A stretch of 64,000 bases of DNA from Nageia nagi (taxonomy: Eukaryota; Plantae; Pinophyta), in assembly GCA_050084985.1 (NCBI GenBank), contig JBITNC010000001.1, forward strand, positions 133,858,001-133,922,000. Reading direction: 5' to 3'. Made by a program: the position numbers and the translations under genes. How positions within the stretch are numbered: the stretch's first letter is position 1; the number at the start of each line of letters is the position of its first letter. Under the pieces are notes generated by a model, which did not search any database, was not told where the DNA came from, and was given only the letters and a program-made list of their open reading frames with translations. This document shows positions 42,901 through 52,023 of the stretch, one piece after another.

Positions 42901-45900
42901 CATTTTGGTCTTCCAATGATTTGGACAAGAAAAAATCCTCCAATAGTGGATTTGCCCTCCCAAAATGGAGAAAATCACAAAAAAAAAAGAGAGAAAACTT
43001 CAAATCTTCAAAATTGTGCTTCAAGATCCAAAATTTTAAAAATAAATTTTGATGATTGATTTGAGTACCCATTGCCCTTGTGAAGAAAAGTGATTTGGAT
43101 CCATAAAAGTGAAGAAAAACACAAAAAATTCTCAAGATCTAAAGGCTGAAAATCTTCACTTTTTCAAAAAAAAATGAAAAAAAAAAAAATTGGAGATCAT
43201 GTGTAGAACAAGGATTCAAACACTTTGGCTTTTGAATTTTTTGAAAAAAGAGCAAAATCATGCCAATTATGCCTAGACGCTCATTTTCCAAGTTTTCCTA
43301 ACTTTGGCCATTCTTCTCAACATTGGGAATGAGTGGAAAACTCCCAAAATGCCCCCTCATGAAAAAGCCCAAATCCAATGCATAGAAGCTCCAAATCCTC
43401 TCAAAACTTCCCAAAAACCTTAAAATCCCATCTTTCATCCATCCATGGGGTTAAATCCACTTTTTAAAAATTTTCCAAATTTTGGACCCCCCCCCCATCT
43501 TTTCCGAAAAATAGACCAAAAATTCACCTTTTCAGAAAATTTTCTCAAAATTCCTTCAAAATTTACCTGAATGATCACATCAAGGGCAAATCCTAATTGA
43601 AAGAAGGAGCTTGAAATACTGACGAACAGATCCAAAATAGCGATTTAAAGCTCCAAATTTTGCCAAATTGATGCAAAACACCTCGAAATCCATGCCAAAG
43701 GGCATCAATTTTTGTAAATATTTTATTTCAAGTATATTTTAGTGGGATGAGTATTGTTCTCCCACTAAACGACATTGTAATTTCAATTTAGCATTTTAGT
43801 GTTTTTCTAAAAATTAAGGCAACACTTGAATATTTGACCTAATTTTGCCTATAAATAAGAGGCATGGGATCTCATTTTCACTAGAGCTCACTTCGTGATA
43901 AAATTGACACTTTGTAAGAGAGGAGCAAATTGATGTATCCTTGCACAACTCTTTTACAAATTAATACAAAGTGGTTAAAGAAAAGATCGAGCTTGTTTAT
44001 TCATTTGTGGTTTTGAGAATTGTTTCTTAAGGATTATCATTGTTCGTTTGACACTTTCGCGTCCTTCCTTTGAAAACTCGTGAGTTTTAGGGAACATATC
44101 TTTGATAGTTGCTTGGTTCACAACATGCATGTTAGATAAAGTATTCTTAATTTGTTTCCTGTTGTATGACATCAAACTAGAGATTTACATCCAAACTCTT
44201 GTTCTTCCCATATTCTTCCACCACGTCCATTTGGTTGCATCGATCCTGCTTGCAATGTACTGACAATCGGCATTCCTACCCGCTCCTCTTTGGAACAACT
44301 CGAACATAGTTGTTTGTTCGCAAAGTTCGATGAATTAGATGAAATCCCTTAGCTGATCTGAAAAGGATGAACTTTTTAGACAATGCTTTGTCATGGTGAC
44401 CAGTTTGGTATCTGACCAAGTATCCGTTTCCGTTTCACAAGTGTAGTCTCTCACTTTCCAGTATTTTATTTATGCTTTCTTTATGTTTTCATACCCAAAT
44501 ACAATCGTCAAGTCCACACACAAATATTCCAAATAAACTCTATACATCAAATAAAACATGTTGGTTAACAGATTGCTACCTCTCATTCCATTCCATTGAG
44601 GCTGAATCCAAGAGGGATACCACACTTAAATTATACCACAAACAAGCTTGAAAGGCATACCTATAACGTCACAACGTTGGGTTGCTGAGTAGGGTGTTTC
44701 GACAACCTTGGAGGTATAACGTCCTTTTCAAACAGGGGAATTGGTCATGCATTCCCTACTATGTTGCTTGGGATCTCCTAAGTTCCACAAGCAATTTTCA
44801 AAGAGTCTCCGTGGGAAAGAAAAGCATCCCAACATGTCTCAAATGTGTATGAATGTTCTCTATTTACTGCTGTAATATTGTTGTTGATTATGCAGGAGAA
44901 TATGTGTGGATTATATTGTTTTGGAGGCATATTGATGTGGTGTAACAGATCTATAATTTGTACCCTAGTCTGAGCATATTTGCATATTGTATGAGCTTTA
45001 TATCAGATTTGGCTACAGCTGTTATATTTCAGTTTTGAGCTCATGTTTGGATGGTTAATGAGCATTTACTTTGATGCTCTAATTTGTGAATGAATGTGGA
45101 ATTAAGTAAAGAATTGGATAAACTCTAGAAAGGTACATCACAGTGAGTAACAGCTATAAATTAAAAATTTAGATTAGGACATGCAAGTTTCAAATGGAGA
45201 ATATTGCCTTCAGAATGCTGATTTGTGTACCATTTCTTTTCTTCTTCTGGGTCATTTCTGTCATAGTCGCATTTTCTCAGAAATAGTTGTGTATGTTAAA
45301 GTCACATAAACATGTAAAAACGATAAATGGCCACAGTTTAGTGAATGTGCAGAGATGGACAGAATGGGACAACAAATGGTAGCAACAAGATACAGAACTT
45401 GAGTAAACAAGTTTTTGCTTCAATAGCTTCAGTTCTTACCGTCTTCTTTGCCCATGTAATTTCTCAAGATTGCCAATGAAAAGAAGGCATTTACTGACAG
45501 CGTGAGATGAGGACTAGGACATGAAAAACAATAATCCAACATATTGATCAAAACCTTCAAATAAAAAACTCTTCATTTGGATGAACAAGACCTACTGCAT
45601 TCTAAAAGATCAGGAAAGATGTGCATTTCATCCAGAAATTTTAAAAATAATCAAGACTAGAACATAAACCTAAATGAATACTTCAAGTCGTTAATGATGA
45701 CATGCTGTTTATAAGCTATTGTTTAGTCACCTCCTATGTAGTGGTGATATAAAAGCTCTTTTGATATATAGACAGCTGATTGTAGCCTTGCCAACCATAC
45801 TATGAAAAAGAATCTTTGCATTAGTTATCTTTCCACTCTTATTAAATGGTAATTATATACATACCATCAAGTTGTTACTCTTGTACCAATTAAGGTCAAT

Positions 45901-48900
45901 TAAAGTTGATCTTGAAAACTATGACATCATCATGTGTGTTGCATGACTTAAATTTCAAAAGCTTACTAGAACTAAATGTAATTAGATGCTTTTTAACAAT
46001 AAGTTGATAGAAAAGACATTAACAGACTTACATTTATAGAAGAAATCTCTTCTGGAATGTGTCTGTCATTCCTGTCAGCCAAGCCTAGGTTTCCATAACG
46101 GCCCCAACCCCAACCGTAAAGTTTTCCATCCTCTGTGACAGCAACTGTATGTTCAGCACCTGCTGCTACCATCTTGACTGCCAGACCCTGCAAAAACTCC
46201 AGACACATCAAATATTGAAAGAAAATGCTCAAATTATTAGGATAGAAATCAAGTAGGAAAATTATCTTTACAATATTATAATTAACATCCAGAATTTCAA
46301 CAAGAACCACCAGGAAGGTTGATTATACCATATTCATGATAGTTGGAGCCTTTATAATGCATTCTACCTGTTTGTGTCTTGCACAATCTACGGCATTTAT
46401 CTTTTGTTGCATCATTTATAATTCATTTGCACTGGTGCCAATTGTGTGTAAGCAAATTGATTGACGAAAGCATGTTGAATTCCAATAATCTTGTGGAATC
46501 ACAAACCACCTCAATTGGTTTGTTTATTGGTCTGTTTAAAAACAACACTACAACATAACATCATACAAAAAAATCACCCTCTACCACTGATATCTTTTTT
46601 TAATGAAAGAACTTCCCGTCCCTGATGTCGAAGTATATTTTGCCCACAAAGTTCTAGATCAATGTAGCCAAATAACTCAAAATATCATATATTGATTATT
46701 GTCTAGAATTTTCAATAGGCCATTAGCATGACACTACTCCATGTTGAAATGTATTTTGCACACTAAGTTCTTGATCAATGTAACTACATAACTCAAAAGA
46801 TCATGTATTGATGATTCTCTAGATTTTCAATAAGCCATTAGCATGACACTACTCCTTTATGGATCTTCAATAACGCACAGGTCTTCATCAGTACAAGAAA
46901 ACTACATAATAGTTTCTACCTAATGAGATCAACAAGAGACCAATCTTTTATCAACTTCATTACCTCTTTCAAAGTCCTGCCTTTTGGATCATAAACTATG
47001 TTTATGTAGCTTCTAATTGTGGGTTGATACTCTTTCATTTGTCTATCATAGTTCCCTTCGTTAAAAACTGTTTTGAGGCATTGCTAAACTCCACCTTGAT
47101 TATAAATACTTTTCTGTTGATCCTTGGATTCTCGAAGATCATTGTTTCCTTTGTAACATTTCTTCTAAAAAGTCTAGTCTATTTTGGCATCTGAAAACAT
47201 TGAATTACAATAGACATCCCAGCTGGATTCTTGATAACAAAATTAATATTACAAATCACTTTATTACAAAATAAATGTTGTAAATTGTTTCTTCGAGTGG
47301 CACTTCTCTTTGAGAATGGAAAAGCCAAAGCCCTTACCATGTAAACTTATTAATGGAGAACCAAGTAAAAGATCATACAGATAGATCACCTTCTCTACTA
47401 ATATGTTGCTCTAGATGCATTGTGATTTATAAAAAATTTCAATAATTCCGAGGACATCTTGTACCATGCTGTGTATTTGTTCCAACCAAGGTTTGTCTCT
47501 TAATGTTCAAACTTCAAAGTACTGAGAAAAATAGCATGCATCTTCATAGGGTGTATTAAAAATATATACTAATACAATATATAATGAAAGGTTCTATCTG
47601 AGATAGATGTGAGATATAATAATATAATCCCATCCTTAGTTTCACTTATATAAATATCACTATAATATCAGTTTTATTTAATTTATCTTATGAGTTTTAG
47701 TTTTAGTTACGTAAATATCACTATTTGTTATAAGAGATTTAAATTTATATTTTGATTTTTTTCAACATGGCACATGGCAAAGAAGCACTTGTTGAGATGG
47801 CAAAACCACAGTAAAGCTCCTTCCACAAAGACCATTGACCAGCATTCAAGCATTCCAAAAAGAAAGGAAAGGCTGGAATATATCTCCTGCAATGTTTAAC
47901 TCAAACATGGCACTGACATATTTTTTCAAAACTTTCTTTCATTTTCATAACCACATTTATCTTCAAAACCACCTTCATGCTTACTTGCACATAAACTACA
48001 ACTCTTATGCATTTGCGTGCAATATCCACAATTTGTAACATAGTTTCATGTATGCATCAGATCTGAAAATTTTGACAATGTTGTTCATTGCAAACATCTT
48101 CTCTATGCCTTGGCATATAATATTAAATGCCATGTAAGATGCCTCTTTGGCCATTATTTACTCAACTTATTATGAAAAAATGTCTTTCTACCAACCCATC
48201 ACATCATGTCACTCATTTCTTGATATGCATTTGTTGGTTCATGGAGAGGATGCCATTTTTCTATCCATGACAGATGAATCAAACAATTCATCAACACCAG
48301 CATCATCTTCCTTGACATTTGGTGTACGTTGTGCATTGATGGAGAAGGCACCATATCGATTTCTGTCTGCACCATGTTGAATTTAAAATAATTTTTATCT
48401 GTCGATGTTCACAGATTACACCAATTTACTTTTCATTCAAAAACTAAATATTCTGTAATGTGAAACTTTACTCATTCAATACTAATCTGTTGTTAATAAT
48501 TTTTAAATGATTTTGGGAATCAATTCTGATTAGTTTTAAATTTTTATTTTTAGATTGTATCTTTCATGGATATGTATACGCAAGTGCATATACATGCATA
48601 TATAAACACCAGTTACATTACAAATAAAAACAATTCCATATGCCCAATCTTTTGATTCACAGAAGTTATTTCAAGCTATTAAACTGCACACCTTTGTCTG
48701 TTCAAACCGTGATAAATTGCTGTAATCATTCCCACTCAATTGGTAGAAATCAACAAATTTGTAGCACTCAAAATTCCAAGTATGGAAAATATTGCATATG
48801 ACAAATTACATGTAAACATTGTGTATAAAATGATAGGTGCTAACAAATTAAGATAGCAGACTGCCAAGGAAGCAGGTTAAATGCACAAAAAACATGTGTT

Positions 48901-49743
48901 CTGCAAGGATGTGTCCTTACCCCACCTCGATACCCATGGAGACACCCCACATCTGTTCCCTTGCAAAGGGAATTCTCGTGGATGTCCCACAACTCCCTTC
49001 CTCATGGGAACACATAGAGGATGCCAATATGTCCCCAAATATCTGAAAATAGAACATTAAAAAGCACAAAAAACCTACAATTGACGACTGCCATTTAATT
49101 TAGTTTAAATTCCACTCATTTTATGTCTATGACACGTTATTACTCTATTTTGTTTCTATTGCATGAGACACCATCTGGTTTAGTTACTAATTTGAATATC
49201 AAAGGCACCTTTTGTCCAATCTCAAGCAAGCCTATGGCAGGTTCAAAGCATGTTTTAGTCTCTTGCATGGTCAGAGTAGTGCCTCAATCACTTGAAAGGC
49301 ACGTTTTTTAAATTTCAATATAAAAATAATATTATATGAGATGGATACTTGGCATATAAAGAATGTAATGTGATATACTAAAATTTTGAATTATTTAGTG
49401 AATATTGAATCATTATGTTTGATTGTATTTTCATTTTGTCTATCATCAAAATATAAATATCAACAACCACCTCAAGATTATGCATTGTTCAGTGGTTTCT
49501 ATTTTTTAAATTCTTCAAATAGTCATCCCCTTTTTACAAACCCCTTGTTGCACATCCCCCCAAAATGGAAACTTGGTGCAACTTGCAATAGAATCATAAA
49601 GGGAACAACCAAGGAAAATTGCTATGTAACACATAGCAGCTACATAAGTTCCCTAGATTACCTTGAATGCTTGTATCTTTTGAGGTACAAGGGAGTCCTC
49701 AGTATGTCCAAGTCCAAGCTGCCCATTTTGATTACGACCCCAA
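3887..49743 (-). CDS. UVR8: UVR8 UV-B photoreceptor (RCC1-like 7-bladed propeller), partial multi-exon gene; 5' exons lie beyond the window end and the terminal exon is unresolved
   Basis: Eight minus-strand exons with consistent splice phases join into ...WGRNQNGQLGLGHTEDSLVPQKIQAFK/GLAVKMVAAGAEHTVAVTEDGKLYGWGWGRYGNLGL.../GEKFIIVACGWRHT.../ISGGWRHT.../FGQVGVG.../KVVQVSCGWRHT.../NIPKLVEALSADG.../GSNWISPSERYALVPDES. This is collinear with Arabidopsis UVR8 (about aa 144-414) as I recall it, including three GWRHT motifs and the VP motif. Confidence 0.96.
4093..4178 (-). CDS. UVR8: UVR8 exon (86 bp): NIPKLVEALSADGSACTEIQASKETVLS
   Basis: atacag acceptor, gtttgt donor; matches UVR8 NFPKIIEALSVDG. 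Confidence 0.9.
4366..7007 (-). mobile_element. Solo LTR (about 0.9-1 kb, gypsy-like TGTAA...TTACA termini) interrupted by a giant-LTR family fragment
   Basis: Perfect 5-bp TSD TTTCG at 4361-4365 and 7008-7012. The right end reads tgtaatgtccc on the minus strand, like the gypsy LTR start at 31194. Confidence 0.75.
5012..6720 (-). mobile_element. Giant-LTR family type P, copy A: rearranged and internally deleted, with a palindrome array of about 10 units
   Basis: Minus-strand terminus tgtgactaacacaacacgcccc...gattttggggaccc is shared with 15727, 40716 and 50424. Palindromes lie at 5257-6373, and a flipped 90-bp piece of the 3' module lies at 5012-5100. Confidence 0.85.
8059..8177 (-). CDS. 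UVR8: UVR8 exon (119 bp): KVVQVSCGWRHTTAVTDRHNVFSWGKGTSGQLGHADATD(R), third GWRHT motif (W337/R338 equivalent)
   Basis: ggcag acceptor, gtgatg donor; phase 2 joins the next exon. Confidence 0.94.
8368..8439 (-). CDS. UVR8: UVR8 exon (72 bp): FGQVGVGDNNDHSSPLLVKLPVRE; probable GC donor
   Basis: ttgcag acceptor; the 24-aa length matches the UVR8 segment FGQVGVG...PDDQ only if the donor is AG/GCATGT. Confidence 0.85.
9904..10000. repeat. Inverted repeat/hairpin, MITE-like remnant
   Basis: Arm tgagtct..tcaaaatgaggcagagtca..cgtc pairs with gacgtgactctgcctcattttga..agactca (19-bp perfect core); partial direct copy at about 9870-9892. Confidence 0.7.
10030..11179 (+). mobile_element. Giant-LTR family 3' fragment (promoter/R-U5 module)
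   Basis: cttgtgatggatgaggatttgctcccacaag motif, aaactatttatagccc TATA-like box, terminus ggaaagaaaaacaccccaaca; left edge approximate. Confidence 0.8.
13400..13471 (-). CDS. UVR8: UVR8 exon (72 bp): ISGGWRHTMALDINGQLYGWGWNK, second GWRHT motif (W285/R286 equivalent)
   Basis: tttacag acceptor, gtaatc donor; translated by hand, too short for the ORF track. Confidence 0.94.
14143..15180 (-). mobile_element. Giant-LTR family 3' fragment, including the end of the internal ORF
   Basis: Starts tgttggaggctttttctttcctacc and is closely similar to 56612-57460; the gggccccaagcc ORF-end region lies at about 15120; right edge approximate. Confidence 0.82.
17344..17835 (+). repeat. Copia 5' LTR
   Basis: t(a)ttggaat...tctttca; about 93% identical to 25126-25614 by hand count. 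Confidence 0.94.
17838..17849 (+). promoter_or_regulatory. Primer-binding site (tRNA-iMet)
   Basis: tggtatcagagc directly after the 5' LTR. Confidence 0.93.
20365..24247 (+). pseudogene. Copia gag-pol, disrupted by stops, frameshifts and an RT deletion near 22895
   Basis: UBN2-type gag, CNYCDVHGHKEVDC zinc knuckle, WIVDSSCTNH protease, LWHHRLGH GAG-pre-integrase, FIDDFSR/LRSDNRGEY integrase, QLDVKSAF and LYVDDLL RT, TKHVEI/ADLFTKPL RNase H. Confidence 0.95.
24393..24663 (+). repeat. Tandem repeat in the copia 3' UTR (five ~35-bp cores, alternating long and short units)
   Basis: gcactgttcagttatccatatgtgaggaactc core x5. Confidence 0.85.
25116..25125 (+). promoter_or_regulatory. Polypurine tract of the copia element
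   Basis: taagggggag immediately before the 3' LTR. Confidence 0.9.
25126..25614 (+). repeat. Copia 3' LTR
   Basis: tgttggaat...tctttca. Confidence 0.94.
27830..28770. mobile_element. Possible non-autonomous DNA transposon (hAT-like) remnant
   Basis: Clusters of gggaac/gttccc/attccc subterminal-type motifs at both ends with an AT-rich interior; no TIR or TSD established. Confidence 0.35.
30680..30853 (-). CDS. UVR8: UVR8 exon (174 bp): GEKFIIVACGWRHT...VQITQ, first GWRHT motif (W233 equivalent)
   Basis: gtgcag acceptor, gtatca donor; within ORF 30665..30925. Confidence 0.95.
31194..31874 (+). repeat. Gypsy 5' LTR (681 bp), followed by a tRNA-iMet PBS at 31876-31887
   Basis: tgtaatg...cattaca terminal inverted repeat, then a-tggtatcaaagc. 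Confidence 0.88.
32157..36580 (+). pseudogene. Gypsy gag-pol, frameshifted
   Basis: Retrotrans_gag (LEDSAYDWW), DSGATHNF protease, FSKIDLRSGYHQIR and FFDDILIYS RT, CDASG/YEKEMLAI RNase H, HHCC zinc finger, SDRDSKF/YHPQTDGQTE integrase, GPY domain. Confidence 0.95.
36581..37540 (-). mobile_element. hAT DNA transposon 3' remnant with a spliced transposase dimerization-domain fragment
   Basis: Minus strand reads YGDDAAELRQLVVRHLSQ [GT-AG intron 37382-37482] VGSSSVAERNWSTYGFIHSMRRNMLTAKRVEKLVVVHNCLRL...WDIDP. GC-rich terminus caaggttccacgg at 36581. Confidence 0.85.
40716..44834 (+). mobile_element. Giant-LTR family type S, copy E (4.12 kb, satellite-like array, no ORF)
   Basis: tgttgtgcccgcacaacacacccc...aagcatcccaaca termini; TSD cgtct/tgtct (CpG transition); cctataaata at about 43850. 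Confidence 0.88.
41570..42900 (+). repeat. Degenerate tandem repeat, about 350-375 bp x ~4 (probably a dimer of ~183 bp)
   Basis: aaaacctgcgccta-like anchors at about 41733, 42104, 42469 and 42815; A/T-tract rich. Confidence 0.7.
46032..46187 (-). CDS. UVR8: UVR8 exon (156 bp): GLAVKMVAAGAEHTVAVTEDGKLYGWGWGRYGNLGLADRNDRHIPEEISSIN
   Basis: tttgcag acceptor, gtaagt donor; within ORF 45993..46310. Confidence 0.95.
46624..46856. repeat. Tandem duplication, ~116 bp x2
   Basis: Both units end in gccattagcatgacactactcc. Confidence 0.85.
49662..49743 (-). CDS. UVR8: UVR8 exon (82 bp): (S)WGRNQNGQLGLGHTEDSLVPQKIQAFK
   Basis: ttcacag acceptor, gtaatc donor; RCC1-repeat peptide matching UVR8. Confidence 0.93.
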
Positions 49744-50708
49744 CTGTGAAACATGAAGACAAACAATTTTTAAAAAGTATGTAAAATAGAATTACTAAAA
49801 ATATACAAAACAATCTTACCATGCACAAATATAAGAAATGGCAATAATTATCCCAAGCAAAGTGAGTTTGTGATCCATTTCAGCGATGAATAGATGTCTA
49901 CTAAAATTTAAACCTTAAGTTTCTCCACACACCTGAAGGATGCACTCTTAGTAATGTTGGAAAAATTATAACGTAAAAGGAGGAAATAGTAGAAAGTAAT
50001 AAAAGATTACGGCGAAGCACAAGAAGAACACCCATGTAGTACAGAATATATTTTTAAGAACAAAAAGATGAAACCTTTAACTCCAAAGGATCAAGCAGCA
50101 CACTAACCATAAATGACAATTTTCACCTACACGGATATGTCCAACACAAAACACAAAGCCTATAGAACTGTCTAGATGGATAACAATATCACATCAACAT
50201 GCAAGCTATATTAAACTGAGATCTTGGAATCTCCTGATTTATACTAGAATTTAAGGAAAGAATGCCATGGGAAATGTAAACAATATAAGCAACGCCATAC
50301 ACAACAAGCCCAATGCATCATTCCTTAGTCTTAAGACATAAGTCAGTCCAGATGCACTGAAATTCAAGATTCAAGGTCTAAATATGCTGCACAGACAGGA
50401 TGCAAGGAATGTGTTGTTGATACTGTTGTGTCTTACACAACTCGCCCCTAAATTTTGCAATTTTAGGGACCCTCGACAATCTGGAGCCTTGAATGTCAAG
50501 TCAAAACCATTCCCCCTCATCTCCAGTAAATCCTAAATTAAGCCCATGACCCTGAAATTTAAGTGCAATCGCCTTTCCAGCCCTGGCCATCTCAAATCGT
50601 AAAGTAAAACCCTCGAAAATCGAATAAGTCTGGCCGAGTATAGATTAGGTCTAGGTGAAATAGGGAAGTCCAAGTCATGTTCAAGCCGAAACGGACGGAC
50701 CCAAGCTT

Positions 50709-51676
50709 GGCCATGCTCCACGAAGACAAGATTGTGTCTTTCTGGGACATGCGCCCAACCTAGAAGGAAGCCTGGCTTCGAAATTAAGTCCCAAAATGCA
50801 AACTAGGCCACTCCTTGATGGCCTAACGCATGCCATGAAAAGACAAAATCTTTTCTTTCTAGGACATGCGCCAGGTTAAGAAGGACCTCAAGATGAAATC
50901 AAACATGAAAAAGGACAAGTTAGTGCATGAGAAGACTGGTGCAAGCCTTAAAAACACAAAATCTTCTCTTTTGGGAGCATGCGCCCAAGCCCAAAGGTTG
51001 TCAGGGAAAACTTGGAGCCCAAAAAGAAGAAATAGACTCACCTAAGGGGTTGGCGCATGCCTCGAAAAGACACAATCTTGTCTTTTGGGAGCATGCGCCT
51101 AGCCCAAGAAGCCCCCAATCGAGGATGAAACTTAGAATTTGGCTAAGGCTCAGAGTTTTGAAGCCTAGAGCACACTCTAGCATGACTAGAGAGGTTGGCG
51201 CATGCATCCAAAAAACAAAAACATGACTTTTTGGAGCATGCACCAAGCCTGGGAAAGCACCAAGGTGGAGCAAGTATGGGAAAATGACTAAGTCCATGTA
51301 TCAAGAGGCCAAAACAAGGCAAATCTGGCCATTTACAACCCAGCGCATGCCACGAGAAGACAAGATTATGAATATTGGGAGCATGCGCCTAGATTGGGCA
51401 AGCTCGAGAAGTTGGAGGGAGTTTCAAAAAGACAAGATCCTATCTTTTGAAACCATGCGCCAGGTTTGGGAGGCACCTTGGGTCAAGTCAAGATGAGAAA
51501 ATGAGCAAATCGAACCCTAGAGAATTAAGCACCAAGCAAAATCAAGCTCAGGGCAACGCTATAGGGTCAAGTTGGACGAGCAAAAACACTAGAAGGGCCA
51601 ACGTGGGGAATGCAACCACCCCAGGGGCTGGTGCATGCCTCAAAAAGACAAAACCTTGTCTTTTGGGAGCATGCGC
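50709..51676 (+). repeat. Array of eight ~46-bp imperfect palindromes with unique spacers
   Basis: Consensus GCGCATGC-N4-AAAAGACAAAATCTTGTCTTTT-N4-GCATGCGC; CATG-to-CATG distance 36 bp. Confidence 0.9.
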
Positions 51677-51834
51677 CAGGCCAAAAGAGCCTCCAGAAAC
51701 CCAACGATTGGTCCCAGACGGCCAGGAATAAGGTTTCAAGATGGCACACATCTCAAGGTCGGCCACTTCAATGGTTGAGATGTGTTTTTCTCCAAAACCT
51801 AGCCAACTAGGGTCTTCAAAATGCCCACATCAGC

Positions 51835-51842
51835 TATAAATA
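51835..51842 (+). promoter_or_regulatory. Putative TATA box for the internal ORF
   Basis: gctataaata lies about 180 bp upstream of the ORF and is conserved at the same position in copy D (60605-60612, minus strand). Confidence 0.55.
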
Positions 51843-52023
51843 TCAACTTGCGTACCTCATTTTCCCAAATTCAAATCGCACTCCTATTCTACACTTGCGC
51901 TGAAATTGCAAACTTTTGAGTTTCAAATCCGTCCATTTGCTTGGGGAGGCTTGCGCAAGAGATATAGAAGGTTACGAGCAAGACGGGGGGGTCATAGGCT
52001 TGCCAAAAAAGCACCACATCACC

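Larger units (their letters stand above)
40024..45142 (+). mobile_element. Solo LTR (about 1 kb net) interrupted by giant-LTR copy E
   Basis: tgtaatat...acatcaca termini; near-TSD gtgac/gtgag. Confidence 0.6.

Noticed and set aside
48900-49590. Possible hAT-type MITE with gtcccc/ttccc subterminal motifs
   Set aside because: TIRs and an 8-bp TSD could not be established.
50709-51676. CRISPR-like array (palindromic repeats with unique spacers); also at 5257-6373, 15980-16950 and 60768-61385
   Set aside because: Eukaryotic LTR context, degenerate repeats, spacers from about 26 to 170 bp, and no cas genes. The spacing pattern is inherited between copies rather than acquired.
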